From NCBI GenBank assembly GCA_002293685.1, contig DBDS01000004.1, positions 34,479 through 98,478 on the forward strand: DNA of 64,000 nt. The letters are read 5' to 3'. The notes under the pieces are model-generated. The model had not been told where the DNA came from, did no database searches, and worked only from the letters and a program-made list of their open reading frames with translations. The position numbers and the translations under genes are program-made. Below, piece after piece: positions 8,122-18,103 of this stretch; position 1 is the first letter of the stretch, and every line of letters starts with the position of its first letter. The stretch is from Patescibacteria group bacterium UBA926. Lineage in GTDB: Bacteria > Patescibacteriota > Doudnabacteria > UBA920.

Positions 8122-9390
8122 TTAGTTTGATTTAGCCGCATTTTCTCCCGCGAGATAGCCGGTAGTCCAGCAGATTTGCAAACTATACCCGCCGGAGGGT
8201 CTATCGAAGTTTAAGATATCGCCGGCGAGGTAAAGATTGCTGTAGAGTTTGGATTGCATAGTTTTGAAATCAATTTCATTTAAAACAACACCGCCAGAAG
8301 TTACCACCGCTTTTTCTTCTCCTAAGAATCCGCTCACAGACATGGGTAGTACTTTTATTAACCTAACTATTTTCATGCGGTCAGTTTTGGTTAAATTGTT
8401 AGTAGTGATTTCAGGGTTGATTCTTGTGAACTGCAAAATGGTTGAAATCATTTTAGGAGGCACGATTGAACCTAAGTTGTTTTTCACTTGTTTGTTTAAA
8501 GCTTTACCGAGGAGCTCTAGAAAATGTTTATCCAAAGTTCCCAAATCCATATCGGGGTAAAGGTCGAGTTCTAGATTTACAGGCGCGTATTTAAATAGCT
8601 CAGAGATTCCTTTGCTCATGTTCAAAACTAACGGGCCACTGATTCCAAAATGGGTAAGCAAAATTTTACCAGTGCGTGATTCTTGTTTTTCTTTGCCTTG
8701 AAAAACTGTCAGTTTGGCATTTTTAAAACTCACTCCAGAAAGTTTCTTTACCCAATCATCATGTAGCCTGATAGGAACTAAAGCCGGATCAGATTCTTCA
8801 ACTGTATGACCAAGCTCTTTCATCCATTCCATGCCTTCACCTGTGGAGCCGGTTTCTGGGCGAGACTTTCCGCCTGTTGCGATTACGTAATGCTTTGCGG
8901 TGTAAGTTTGTTTTGAGGTTTTGATTCCAGTGATTAAATTTGTCTCCTTGTTGAACAAGACTTTCTTAACAGGGGAGTCGGAGATAATTGTAACGCCTGA
9001 ATCTTTTAAGTATTTAACTAATACCTTCCAAACGTCTTCGGCTTTATTACTGACAGGGAAAGCTCGCTTTTCGGCTTCAACTTTTGTTGGCAGATTCTTA
9101 ACGTGAAAGAAGTCGAGTGTATCTTCCACACCGAAACGCGCAAAAGCGCTATACAAGGATTTGCCTTTGACGCCGTACTTTGCGATTAATTTTTTCACAT
9201 CAAATTCCGCGTTGGTGATGTTACATCGACCACCGCCAGTGATAAGTAATTTTTTGCCAAGCTTATTGTTCTTTTCGATTATGGCAACTTTTGCGCCAAG
9301 CTCAGCCGCGCGACCAGCCGCCATCATTCCTGCCGGACCGCCACCTACGACAATTACATCAAAATCGGATTTTGAAACTTTCTGATTCAT
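8122..9390 (-). CDS. HI0933-family NAD(P)/FAD-dependent flavoprotein (BaiN-like)
   Basis: Contains DVIVVGGGPAGMMAA and TGGGRCNITN signatures. Confidence 0.85.
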   Translation of the reverse strand: MNQKVSKSDFDVIVVGGGPAGMMAAGRAAELGAKVAIIEKNNKLGKKLLITGGGRCNITNAEFDVKKLIAKYGVKGKSLYSAFARFGVEDTLDFFHVKNLPTKVEAEKRAFPVSNKAEDVWKVLVKYLKDSGVTIISDSPVKKVLFNKETNLITGIKTSKQTYTAKHYVIATGGKSRPETGSTGEGMEWMKELGHTVEESDPALVPIRLHDDWVKKLSGVSFKNAKLTVFQGKEKQESRTGKILLTHFGISGPLVLNMSKGISELFKYAPVNLELDLYPDMDLGTLDKHFLELLGKALNKQVKNNLGSIVPPKMISTILQFTRINPEITTNNLTKTDRMKIVRLIKVLPMSVSGFLGEEKAVVTSGGVVLNEIDFKTMQSKLYSNLYLAGDILNFDRPSGGYSLQICWTTGYLAGENAAKSN

Positions 9391-9474
9391 GCCTATATTA
9401 TAGCCCGCCTAAGCGGTTAGTGCTAAGTGCTGAAATATCTATGCAAATTAAAAAACACCATAGAGGTGTTTTTC

Positions 9475-9860
9475 TGGTGGAGATGGCGGGAGTTAAACCC
9501 GCGTCCAAAACTAAGCAATCGAATCATTGGTCACAAGATTAGTCCGTTAAAATACCGACAGCCTCACAACGGACAACTAAGCAGTCGGGCGATATACTTA
9601 ATTTCGGTTGAATGATGTATATCAGACCATTCAACTATAGCTCCAAATAAACCAGCTGATCTACGGTCAGAGCGGACAGTAGGGCTGGGCGTTGCCTAAA
9701 GGTTAGGCGAACGCAGGTGCAAGTTGCTTGCTATTGAAAGCAGCAACGACCTTGTTCCATGCGTTTTCACGTATGATTGCTTGTAAGATTTACGAGCTTG
9801 CAAGCTGGCTCGTCTTGTATATAAAACGATTTTAAAGTCCTGTCAAAATCCGGCATCCCC
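9475..9860 (-). ncRNA. ssrA: transfer-messenger RNA (tmRNA, ssrA)
   Basis: The minus strand begins GGGGATGCCGGATTTTGAC and ends GGACGCGGGTTTAACTCCCGCCATCTCCACCA. The acceptor stem has a G3:U70 wobble pair. The candidate tag frame ...AWNKVVAAFNSKQLAPAFA ends with UAA inside a hairpin. smpB lies 2 kb away. Confidence 0.85.
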
Positions 9861-10034
9861 GACTAAATATTCCTATGATATTCACAAACCAATTGGTTCA
9901 TAAATATAACCTTTTGGCTAAGAAAATTTGGACGAACATCCCAGGTTACCCAGAAAAGGGTAGCATAATTGTACTGTATATATTGACTTTTGTCAAGATA
10001 TCGGCTAAGATTAGTATCCAAAAGGAGGAAATTA

Positions 10035-10336
10035 TGCCCAGATTGAATATGCAAGACCAGATTTCGGCAATGCTTTTCGTAGCCGGATTTTTTATTCCTT
10101 ATGATGCTTCTCAGCATCAATTGATGGTAGGAGATTTAGTTGTGGTAGATTCTCCTGAGTATGGAATCTCCTACCAGTTATTTAAGGGATTTACTCAAGA
10201 TGATTTGCTGGAGATTGGAAGCATTCAAGTCCATCCAACTCATTCGAATATACTGAAGGTGCTTGAGCCACAACTTGCACCAATCGTGACAAAGATTTTG
10301 GATGACCCATCAGTGCTGAAAACTTTGAAAGTTTAA
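10035..10336 (+). CDS. hypothetical protein (start chosen at RBS-supported internal Met)
   Basis: RBS AAAAGGAGGAAATTATG at 10021-10037. The longer upstream extension of the ORF lacks an RBS. Confidence 0.4.
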
Positions 10337-10395
10337 CATGGTAAAAATCCCTCGAATTAATTTTCTAGGGATTTTTTTAAATCTTTTGCACTACC

Positions 10396-10857
10396 TTAGC
10401 GGCGCTTGACTGTTTTTTTAACAACTTTCTTAGCTGCTTTCTTTGCAGCCTTCTTTGCCTTTGAGCCATTCACTTTAACTTTCTTAGCAACTGATTTAAC
10501 AGTTTTTGGAACAACCTTGCGGACACTGCTACTTGCAGCAGAAATTTCTTTGTTGATTACATCCCAATGTTGTTTCAGTTCACCAGCTAGGGAAGTTAAA
10601 TCTTTACTACTTACATCTTTGATGCCTTTGTAGTTCTTTGCTACTTGGTCAACAACTTTGTTGTAATGAGCTTTGGTTAACTTACTTGCTTTACCAACTT
10701 CTTTAGCAACGTCTGATTGCATATCCCTAGCCCACTTAGCAATTTTGGTACGATTCTTTGCATTCTTTCCAGTTAGGAAATATGCTGCGGTTGCAGCGGC
10801 TGCGATGGCGGCAACGCCCGCGCCAACTGCTACAGCTTTTTTTGATGATTTTTTCAT
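10396..10857 (-). CDS. hypothetical Lys/Ala-rich protein with N-terminal TM helix (YtxH-like)
   Basis: 153-aa low-complexity protein with a KKAAKK-rich C-terminus. Confidence 0.45.
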   Translation of the reverse strand: MKKSSKKAVAVGAGVAAIAAAATAAYFLTGKNAKNRTKIAKWARDMQSDVAKEVGKASKLTKAHYNKVVDQVAKNYKGIKDVSSKDLTSLAGELKQHWDVINKEISAASSSVRKVVPKTVKSVAKKVKVNGSKAKKAAKKAAKKVVKKTVKRR

Positions 10858-10858
10858 A

Positions 10859-11131
10859 TTATTTTTTCTTTCTTGTTTGCTTCGGTTTCATCCCTAGCAC
10901 AAACTTAATGAACGAACCGATTTTGAAACCCTCTGACTTTATATTTTTACTAAACTCACTAAGGTCTTCGGTAACTAATTTTACCCCACGTGTAGCTTGA
11001 TCGGCAACCATCTTTAATGCTCGCAGGAACATTATAAAATAGATGAGTGCGATAACTAAAAACGCAGTGACAAAAATAATTGCGATGCCTGTGATAATAA
11101 AAAATAAATCGACTAATGATATCATTTCCAT
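10859..11131 (-). CDS. DUF948-like small membrane protein
   Basis: 90-aa protein with an N-terminal TM helix followed by an amphipathic helix. It is adjacent to the YtxH-like gene. Confidence 0.45.
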   Translation of the reverse strand: MEMISLVDLFFIITGIAIIFVTAFLVIALIYFIMFLRALKMVADQATRGVKLVTEDLSEFSKNIKSEGFKIGSFIKFVLGMKPKQTRKKK

Positions 11132-11162
11132 GTGTTAATTATATCACATTTAACTCTCTGGA

Positions 11163-11720
11163 TTATAACGAGTATTTATAAAGGAGTGTTTCAATCACGT
11201 TTTGGTGTTTTAATCGGAGTTCCTCGTCGCGACCAATCTCGATGATTTCATCGTTGCGGTCTGTACCGCTTGCTGTCCAGTTGAAAGAACCAGTGAAATA
11301 AGATTTTTCGGTGACCAAAGTTTTCAAATGCATAATCGAACTATGATCGTTGAAGGCGATTGGGATTCCTGCTTGTTGTAAATCTTTTACAATTGATTCT
11401 TGGATATCTAAGGTGGTTGATTGTTTCTTATCCATGACCCTGCGCACTTCAACACCTCTATATTTAGCACCAATGAGAGCGTCTTTGATGTCTTGTCTGG
11501 TGAAAGTATAAATCGCGAAATACACAAACCGTTCGGCTTCGTTTATTTCGTTGATTAATAACTCGTTGCTAGCCACTTCTTTGTTGTAATACACTTCCAC
11601 TTGGCGTGCTGCACGTTCTTGCCACGCCGGTTCAACATGAAAAGAATAATAGAACTGCGCGCTCACGGCGATAAGCCCTGCTATTATAGTGACGTAGATT
11701 AAGTCTCTGTTGATTTTCAC
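11163..11720 (-). CDS. phospholipase D-family (HKD-motif) protein, Nuc-like
   Basis: HLKTLVTEKSYFTGSFNWT matches HxK(x)4D(x)6GSxN. An N-terminal TM helix is present. The GTG start lies inside the inverted-repeat module. Confidence 0.65.
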   Translation of the reverse strand: MKINRDLIYVTIIAGLIAVSAQFYYSFHVEPAWQERAARQVEVYYNKEVASNELLINEINEAERFVYFAIYTFTRQDIKDALIGAKYRGVEVRRVMDKKQSTTLDIQESIVKDLQQAGIPIAFNDHSSIMHLKTLVTEKSYFTGSFNWTASGTDRNDEIIEIGRDEELRLKHQNVIETLLYKYSL

Positions 11721-11816
11721 CCTGTTAAATTATTAATATTGATTTAGATGCTCAGATTTATGAACAACTATTCAACCTGTTGAATCTGAAAGTTAAAATG
11801 TATTTAACAGGGTGAA
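11716..11816. repeat. ORF-less inverted-repeat module TTCACCCTGTTAAAT ... ATTTAACAGGGTGAA (15-bp perfect inverted repeat, ~70-bp spacer)
   Basis: Read directly from the sequence. The repeats match the terminal repeats of the GIY-YIG cassette at 18104-18382. One repeat overlaps the start codon of the PLD-like gene. Confidence 0.8.
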
Positions 11817-11877
11817 TATTTATATTATAAAACAGGACGTTCAAACCCTGTTTAAGAAAAACTCAATTTTGATGTAA

Positions 11878-12315
11878 TTATTTGTCTGTGTGTTTTGTAG
11901 TTTCGCGTTTGTCGTCTCTGGTTTTGATGTATTCGCGCTTGTCTTGTTTCTTGCGACCACGGCCAACACCGATTTTTAGTTTCACTAAATTTTTTGGACC
12001 AATGAAAATTTCCATTGGCACAATGATAGTTCCTTTTTCTTTGCCGAGCAGTTGGTTCAACTCTTTTTTGTTTAACAAGACTTGTCGGTCTTTGGTTGGG
12101 TTGTAGTCTTCAGTTGGCGCATACTTGTAAGGTCCGATGTGCGCGTTTACAAGGGTTGCTCCTCGGGCGGAGATTTTGACGTAGCTACCCGCTAGCGAGA
12201 CGTTGCCAGTTTTGGCTGATTTAACTTCGCGACCTTCCAATACCAAACCAGCATCAAAGGTGTCTGTGATGTCGTAATCAAATTTCGCTCGTTTGTTGAA
12301 AGCTAAAGATTTCAT
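11878..12315 (-). CDS. smpB: SsrA-binding protein SmpB
   Basis: Contains KFDYDITDTFDAGLVLEGREVKS...LLNKKELNQLLGKEKGTIIVP, the conserved SmpB sequence. Confidence 0.9.
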   Translation of the reverse strand: MKSLAFNKRAKFDYDITDTFDAGLVLEGREVKSAKTGNVSLAGSYVKISARGATLVNAHIGPYKYAPTEDYNPTKDRQVLLNKKELNQLLGKEKGTIIVPMEIFIGPKNLVKLKIGVGRGRKKQDKREYIKTRDDKRETTKHTDK

Positions 12316-12386
12316 ATTGTTGTCCCTTATATTTTACCTGTAATAGACTAATAAAAAAAGCCGGAGTGGGGAGTACTCAGGCTAAG

Positions 12387-12635
12387 TTATTCTTTCCATT
12401 CTTCGAGCCAGGATTTGTCGAATAAATCATCTCCGTCGAGAATGAACAGTGGTTTATCAGTTTGACGATTGCCAAGCATGACCTTAGGGTTTTCATAAAG
12501 ACCCATTTCAGCATGGACAACCTCAAATGGTCCAGGTCCGAACTTTTTTTCCATGAGGTCTATCCAACTGCTCCGATTTTTGGAGCGCCAAGTTACTTTT
12601 GTTCCAATTTGGAAGTTCTCTGGCGTATTCTTCAT
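12387..12635 (-). CDS. hypothetical protein
   Basis: 82-aa ORF. No motif recognised. Confidence 0.35.
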   Translation of the reverse strand: MKNTPENFQIGTKVTWRSKNRSSWIDLMEKKFGPGPFEVVHAEMGLYENPKVMLGNRQTDKPLFILDGDDLFDKSWLEEWKE

Positions 12636-12733
12636 AATTAAATGCCTCCGTTTTGTTGACTTACTATAAAGTAAAACAGTGGAATTGTCAAGATTACTGC
12701 TTTCGATTTTGTGTTATAATTAAACCCATGAAC

Positions 12734-12825
12734 CCTGTTAAATATGCTAATTTCTTGAACAACAGGGAACAATTAGATTGGCTTACCAGTCTATTTTTAC
12801 TCATTAAATATTTAACAGGGTGAAA
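12734..12825. repeat. ORF-less inverted-repeat module CCCTGTTAAATAT ... ATATTTAACAGGGTGAAA overlapping the argS GTG start
   Basis: The repeats are 13/13 complementary with a ~62-bp spacer. GTG at 12820 is inside the right-hand repeat. Confidence 0.8.
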
Positions 12826-14556
12826 GCTTATATTTCCGGCTTAATTAGCGATGCTGTAAGGCAAATTTCTCCTTCCGAAGCGGAGGAGGTTTTAGGTTCG
12901 GGCAATTTCGATATCAGCTATCCAAAGAGCGGCTTTGGTGACTACGCAACCAATGTCGCGATGATGCTGTTTAAGAAGTTCAATGTTGTTCCGGCAGAAA
13001 ACCCAGTTGATTTTGCAAAACAATTAGCAGAAAAATTAGTCGAACTTGATGGTGGTTATACTTTTTCGAATATCGAAGCTCAGAACGGATTTATTAATTT
13101 CACAATTTCACCAAGAGTTTTGTTAAATACTTTGTCGGAGATAATTGAAGCCAAAGAAAATTACGGCAAAGTGGATTTAGGACAAGGTCAAAAAGTTTTG
13201 GTTGAATATTTTCAGCCGAACATCGCTAAGCCTCTTCATCTTGGTCATTTGCGCACTGCTATTATTGGTGATAGCTTATTCAAAATTTTGGGCTTTTCAA
13301 ATTATCAAACCGAGAGCGATACTCACTTAGGTGACTGGGGAACTCAATTTGGTTTGCTCATGCTTGCTTACAAAAAATGGGGCGATGCAGAAACAGTGAA
13401 GCAAGATCCAATTACAGAATTGAATAAACTTTATGTTCGTATCAATACAGAAATGGAAGCCGACCCAGAATTACGCGAACAAGGTAAGGCAGAGTTTGTG
13501 AAACTAGAACAGGGTGATTCCGAAAACGAAGAACTTTGGAAACAGTTTAAAGAATGGAGCTGGCAAGAATTTGGGATCATCTATGATGATTTAGGTGTGC
13601 GCAAAGCCGATAATGATTGGCCGGAAAGTTTTTACATGGATAAAATGCCAGCTGTTATTGAACAACTAAAGGCTAAGAATTTATTAGTTGAATCTCAGGG
13701 CGCGCAGATTGTGAATTTAGAAGATTACGGTTTAGGTGTTGCTGTGGTTGTAAAAAGCGATGGTGGAACAACATATTTGCTTCGTGATTTAGCAACTTAT
13801 ATTTTCCGAAAACAACAAGGCTTTGAAAAACAAATTTATGTTGTCGATAATCGCCAGTCTCACGCATTAGCGCAAACTTTTAAAATCTTAGAATTACTAG
13901 GAGTGATTACTTCGCCAACCGAAGCTGTTCACATTGCTTACGGTGTGTTGAGTTTGCCGGAAGGTCAGATGAGTACCCGAAAAGGCACAATGGTTGGAGC
14001 GAAAGAGTTGATTCAAAAAGCGCAAGAGAAAGCTTTAGAGATTATCAATGAAAAGAATCCTGGATTACAGAATAAAGAAGCTGTTTCCAAACAAGTAATG
14101 CAAGCGGCCTTAAAGTATTTCGATCTTTCCCATAATTACAAAAGCGATATCGTGTTCACTTGGGACAAAGCGCTTTCGTTTGAGGGGAACACCGGTCCTT
14201 ACTTGCAATACACCCATGCTCGAATCAATGGAATTTTACGAAAAACCCAAGGTATCGCAGTCGAACAAATTGATCAGAACATTGCACTCGAAGACATAGA
14301 GCAACTACTACTTCGTAAGTTGCAAAAGTTCCCGGAAATAATTACTCAAACAGCAGAAAACTTTTCACCGAATATTATTAGCAACTATCTTTTCGAACTT
14401 TCTCAGATATTCAATTCGTTCTATGAAGCCGTGCCGATTCTAAAAGAAACAGATAGCGCGAAACAAAATATTCGAATTAAAATTATTATCGGAACCGCAC
14501 AAGTATTAAAAAATGGTCTTAATCTTTTAGGCATCCCAGCACCAGAGGAAATGTGA
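12820..14556 (+). CDS. argS: arginine--tRNA ligase
   Basis: 578-aa protein with a class I HIGH motif (PLHLGHLRTA) and an MSTRKG motif. It matches ArgRS along its full length. Confidence 0.95.
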   Translation: MKAYISGLISDAVRQISPSEAEEVLGSGNFDISYPKSGFGDYATNVAMMLFKKFNVVPAENPVDFAKQLAEKLVELDGGYTFSNIEAQNGFINFTISPRVLLNTLSEIIEAKENYGKVDLGQGQKVLVEYFQPNIAKPLHLGHLRTAIIGDSLFKILGFSNYQTESDTHLGDWGTQFGLLMLAYKKWGDAETVKQDPITELNKLYVRINTEMEADPELREQGKAEFVKLEQGDSENEELWKQFKEWSWQEFGIIYDDLGVRKADNDWPESFYMDKMPAVIEQLKAKNLLVESQGAQIVNLEDYGLGVAVVVKSDGGTTYLLRDLATYIFRKQQGFEKQIYVVDNRQSHALAQTFKILELLGVITSPTEAVHIAYGVLSLPEGQMSTRKGTMVGAKELIQKAQEKALEIINEKNPGLQNKEAVSKQVMQAALKYFDLSHNYKSDIVFTWDKALSFEGNTGPYLQYTHARINGILRKTQGIAVEQIDQNIALEDIEQLLLRKLQKFPEIITQTAENFSPNIISNYLFELSQIFNSFYEAVPILKETDSAKQNIRIKIIIGTAQVLKNGLNLLGIPAPEEM

Positions 14557-14582
14557 CATCATAAACCAGAATTTGTTTATGA

Positions 14583-14740
14583 TGTCATCCCGGCAGCTAC
14601 AAGTGGTCCCCGCTTTCGCGGGGATAAACTCCGCGAGGACGAGGGCTAGCCGGGATCCATACCCTTTAAACTAATGGATTCCCACCTTCGAGCTCGCGAT
14701 GCTCGGGCTCTGCCCGAGCAAGCTCGTGTGGGAATGACAA
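14583..14740. repeat. composite GC-rich palindromic element E4 (TGTCATCCCGGCAGCTACAAG...CTAGCCGGGATCC followed by GGATTCCCAC...GTGGGAATGACAA)
   Basis: The first half is the reverse-complement homolog of elements at 26060-26150 and 57601-57679. It lies between argS and ileS and ends 9 bp before the ileS start. Confidence 0.85.
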
Positions 14741-14749
14741 CGGAAAATT

Positions 14750-17700
14750 ATGACAGAACAAACTAACAAACCACAATCAAATACTCCAAATTTTAACGAA
14801 CAAGAACTAGAAGTTTTAAAGTTTTGGGCCGAGCAAAATATTTTTGAGAAGAGCTTAGAGCAAACTAAAGATGCTAAACCTTTTGTTTTTTATGATGGAC
14901 CACCGTTTGCAACAGGAGTTCCTCACTACGGACACATTTTAATTTCGGCCGTTAAGGATGCATTCGGTCGTTATCAAACCATGAAGGGCAATTCTGTGCG
15001 TCGTGTTTGGGGATGGGATTGTCATGGGTTGCCTATTGAAAATATTGTTGAAGCCAAGCTTGGTATTTCTGGAAAGAAGCAAATTGAAGAAGTCGGTGTC
15101 GAAAAGTTCAACGCAGCTTGTCGTGAAAACGTCCTTACCTATGTAGACGAATGGGGTCGTACCATTGAGCGATTAGCACGCTGGGTTAACTTCAAGGACT
15201 CCTATAAAACTATGGACACCACCTACATGGAAAGTGTCTGGTGGGGTGTAAAGCAAGTGTGGGATAAAGATTTAATTTACCCTGACCATAAAGTTTTGCT
15301 TTACTGCAGTCGCTGTGAAACGCCATTGTCGAATTTTGAAGTGGCGATGGACAACAGTTATAAAGATGTCACAGAAGCTTCTGTTTTCGTCAAGTTCAAG
15401 TTAAATAGTGGTCAGCGAATTTTGGATTTCATGACCGACGATAAAACTTATGCTTTGGCGTGGACCACAACACCGTGGACATTACCTGGTAATACTGCGC
15501 TAAACATTGGCCCAGAAATCACTTACGTTATTGTTGAGCAAAACGGCGATAACTATATTTTAGCTAAGGACAGATTGGAAATTTTAGAAGGGCAATACGA
15601 AGTTAAGACAGAAATCAGTGCACGTTCTTTGGAGGGCTTAGCTTACGAACCATTGTATCCTGGCGTAATTTCCGATGAATCTGGTACTGCTCACAAGATA
15701 TATATAGAGGATTATGTCACAACTACTGATGGAACAGGGATAGTTCATAATGCTGCGATGTATGGGGAAGAAGATTTCGCGGCTGCCAAGGCACGCAATT
15801 TACCTCGTCAACATATGTTGGATGCGAAGGGTGAGTATCTACCATCTGCGCCTGAGAGCTTGCGCGGCGTGTTCTTTAAAGATGCTGATAAAATTGTTCT
15901 CGATGAATTGACTAGCAAAAATTTGGTTTATAAAACTCTTAACTACACTCACAGTTATCCTCACTGTTGGCGTTGTGGTACAGCGTTGTACTACTCAGCG
16001 TTACCAGCTTGGTTTATCAATATTCAAAAAGTGAAAGCGCGAATGCTCGAACTTAACGAAGGAATCAATTGGTATCCTGAACATCTTAAACACGGTCGCT
16101 TCGCGCAAGGAATTGAAAATGCGCCTGATTGGAACATTTCACGTAACCGTTATTGGGCAACGCCTTTGCCATTTTGGTTGTGTGAGAGCGAAGATTGCGA
16201 TAACAAAGTTTGTATAGGCTCAATTGATGAACTAAAAACCAGAGCTTCAAATTTCGATGAAGTTTATCCAAACTACGATCCGAACCCCTCCCTACCCTCC
16301 CCTCAGGAGGGGAGGGATAGGGAGGGGTCAATTGATTTGCATAAACCATTCATTGATAGAATCAAACTGCCTTGTGAAAAATGTAGCGGTGTAATGGCTC
16401 GCGTTCCTGAAGTAATTGATTGCTGGGTTGAATCTGCGAGCATGCCGTTTGCAGAACTCCATGCCCCGTTTGAAAACCAAGATTTGTTAGAACAGCGCTT
16501 ACCAGCAGATTTTGTATCTGAATATATTCCGCAGACCCGGGCTTGGTTCTACGTGTCGCATGTAATGAGCACGATCATTTTCGACAAAGCTCCGTTTAAA
16601 AATGTGATTACAACCGGAACAGTTTTAGCAGAAGACGGTACAAAGATGTCGAAATCAAAAAATAATTTCCCTGACCCAAATCTTGTTATTGATCAATACG
16701 GCGCAGATCCACTTCGTTTTTATCTTTTGACGAGTTCGATTGTAACCGGTGAAGACTTGAATTTCTCTGAAGCTGGCGTTTCTGAAGTAAACCGAAAGTT
16801 AAGTTTAATTCTTTGGAACACATTCCAGTTTTATAGAATGTATAGCCACGACACAATTGGCACCGAAGCGCCTCACGTAACTCACAGCCTAGATGTTTGG
16901 ATGCTGTCTAGATTGTTTGCAACACATGCTGAAGTTACAAAACAATTAGATGGTTTTAACACAGTGAAGGCAGGACGTGCTATTTCTGAATTAGTTACCG
17001 AACTTTCAACTTGGTTTGTTCGTCGCAGCCGCGATAGAATTAAATCCGGTGGGGAAGACGCTCGCACCGCGCTTCAAGTATTAGGTTTCAGTCTTGTTGA
17101 AATCAGCAAGATGCTTGCGCCATTTATGCCGTATCTCAGTGAAAAGATTTACAAAGAACTTACCGGTGAAGAATCAGTGCACTTAGCTTCTTGGAGTGAA
17201 GTTCGTGAGTATCGTCAAAGTAGTTTGGATGAAATGTCGGCTTTACGTTCAATAGTTGAAATCGGTCTAAGTCTTCGTAAAGAACACAACTTAAAAGTTC
17301 GCCAACCACTCGCAGAATTACAGTACCAAATTGCTAACGAAGAATTGAATCTAGACGAATCACTCGAGCAAATCATTGCCGAAGAAATGAATGTGAAGAA
17401 AGTGACAAACACCGAAGTAATCTCTCGCACCAACTGGGTCTCGAAAGCGGATAATGGTTTTATAGTTGCACTAAATACAGAGTTATCACAAGAATTAAAA
17501 GATGAAGGTTTGGCTCGTGATATCGAACGCGCCGTTCAAGATTTGCGAAAGAAGAGTGGTCTAAAAGTCGGACAAATTGTTGATTTGTATTTCACAACTA
17601 AGGACGACAACCTTGCCGAGATTCTTACATCATTAGTTGATCGAAAAAAGACTTTTATCAATCAAATTAAAACTAGCTTAGAGATTGAAGCTGATTACGA

Positions 17701-17755
17701 GACCCAGGCAACGATTAATGGCTCTGTGGTTTGGCTCGGCTTAGTTTTGGTGTAA
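14750..17755 (+). CDS. ileS: isoleucine--tRNA ligase
   Basis: 1001-aa protein with HYGH and KMSKS motifs. It matches IleRS throughout and carries a 45-bp palindromic in-frame insert. Confidence 0.95.
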   Translation: MTEQTNKPQSNTPNFNEQELEVLKFWAEQNIFEKSLEQTKDAKPFVFYDGPPFATGVPHYGHILISAVKDAFGRYQTMKGNSVRRVWGWDCHGLPIENIVEAKLGISGKKQIEEVGVEKFNAACRENVLTYVDEWGRTIERLARWVNFKDSYKTMDTTYMESVWWGVKQVWDKDLIYPDHKVLLYCSRCETPLSNFEVAMDNSYKDVTEASVFVKFKLNSGQRILDFMTDDKTYALAWTTTPWTLPGNTALNIGPEITYVIVEQNGDNYILAKDRLEILEGQYEVKTEISARSLEGLAYEPLYPGVISDESGTAHKIYIEDYVTTTDGTGIVHNAAMYGEEDFAAAKARNLPRQHMLDAKGEYLPSAPESLRGVFFKDADKIVLDELTSKNLVYKTLNYTHSYPHCWRCGTALYYSALPAWFINIQKVKARMLELNEGINWYPEHLKHGRFAQGIENAPDWNISRNRYWATPLPFWLCESEDCDNKVCIGSIDELKTRASNFDEVYPNYDPNPSLPSPQEGRDREGSIDLHKPFIDRIKLPCEKCSGVMARVPEVIDCWVESASMPFAELHAPFENQDLLEQRLPADFVSEYIPQTRAWFYVSHVMSTIIFDKAPFKNVITTGTVLAEDGTKMSKSKNNFPDPNLVIDQYGADPLRFYLLTSSIVTGEDLNFSEAGVSEVNRKLSLILWNTFQFYRMYSHDTIGTEAPHVTHSLDVWMLSRLFATHAEVTKQLDGFNTVKAGRAISELVTELSTWFVRRSRDRIKSGGEDARTALQVLGFSLVEISKMLAPFMPYLSEKIYKELTGEESVHLASWSEVREYRQSSLDEMSALRSIVEIGLSLRKEHNLKVRQPLAELQYQIANEELNLDESLEQIIAEEMNVKKVTNTEVISRTNWVSKADNGFIVALNTELSQELKDEGLARDIERAVQDLRKKSGLKVGQIVDLYFTTKDDNLAEILTSLVDRKKTFINQIKTSLEIEADYETQATINGSVVWLGLVLV
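16284..16328. repeat. in-frame palindromic insert in ileS: ACCCCTCCCTACCCTCCCCT|CAGGAGGGGAGGGATAGGGAGGGGT
   Basis: Near-perfect 45-bp palindrome, GC-rich, encoding PSLPSPQEGRDREGS (15 codons). Confidence 0.85.
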
Positions 17756-17773
17756 TCGTGGTATAATAATTCT

Positions 17774-18028
17774 ATGGATGCAATCTCAGGATTAAAATAC
17801 GCTTTAGTACTTGTTCTAATCGTTAGTGCTGCCTTGCTTGGCTGGACTACTTATTTAGAACGCAAAACTAATAGTCAAATTGAAGCATTTTCATCAGCCA
17901 TTAGCCAAGCTCAAAATGAAGCTCAAGCCAGACAGGTAATTCAAAACTTCCTTATTGATACCGAAAAGTTTAATCCGGCTTTATCAGCTTCAGCCGATAG
18001 CCAGCCCTGTAGTTGGCTCTGTGAGTAA
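17774..18028 (+). CDS. hypothetical small membrane protein
   Basis: 84-aa ORF with one TM helix. Confidence 0.4.
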   Translation: MDAISGLKYALVLVLIVSAALLGWTTYLERKTNSQIEAFSSAISQAQNEAQARQVIQNFLIDTEKFNPALSASADSQPCSWLCE

Positions 18029-18035
18029 ATCTTAA

Positions 18036-18072
18036 ACCTCCGTCTACATAATAGTATGACGGAGGTTTTTTC
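18036..18072 (+). terminator. intrinsic terminator ACCTCCGTC-loop-GACGGAGGT plus TTTTTT
   Basis: Perfect 9-bp stem plus a T6 run. Confidence 0.85.
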
Positions 18073-18103
18073 ATATTAATCACAGCTTGTTTGATATAAT
18101 TAA

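Noticed and set aside
9291-9615. Called ORFs 9291-9542 and 9427-9615 on the plus strand
   Set aside because: They lie entirely antisense to, or within, the tmRNA gene (9475-9860 minus). They have no RBS and are low complexity. They are non-coding.
12700-14760. T-box leader or riboswitch upstream of argS and ileS
   Set aside because: No AGGGTGGNACCGCG T-box motif or specifier-loop architecture was found. The upstream regions are occupied by the inverted-repeat module and palindromic element E4.
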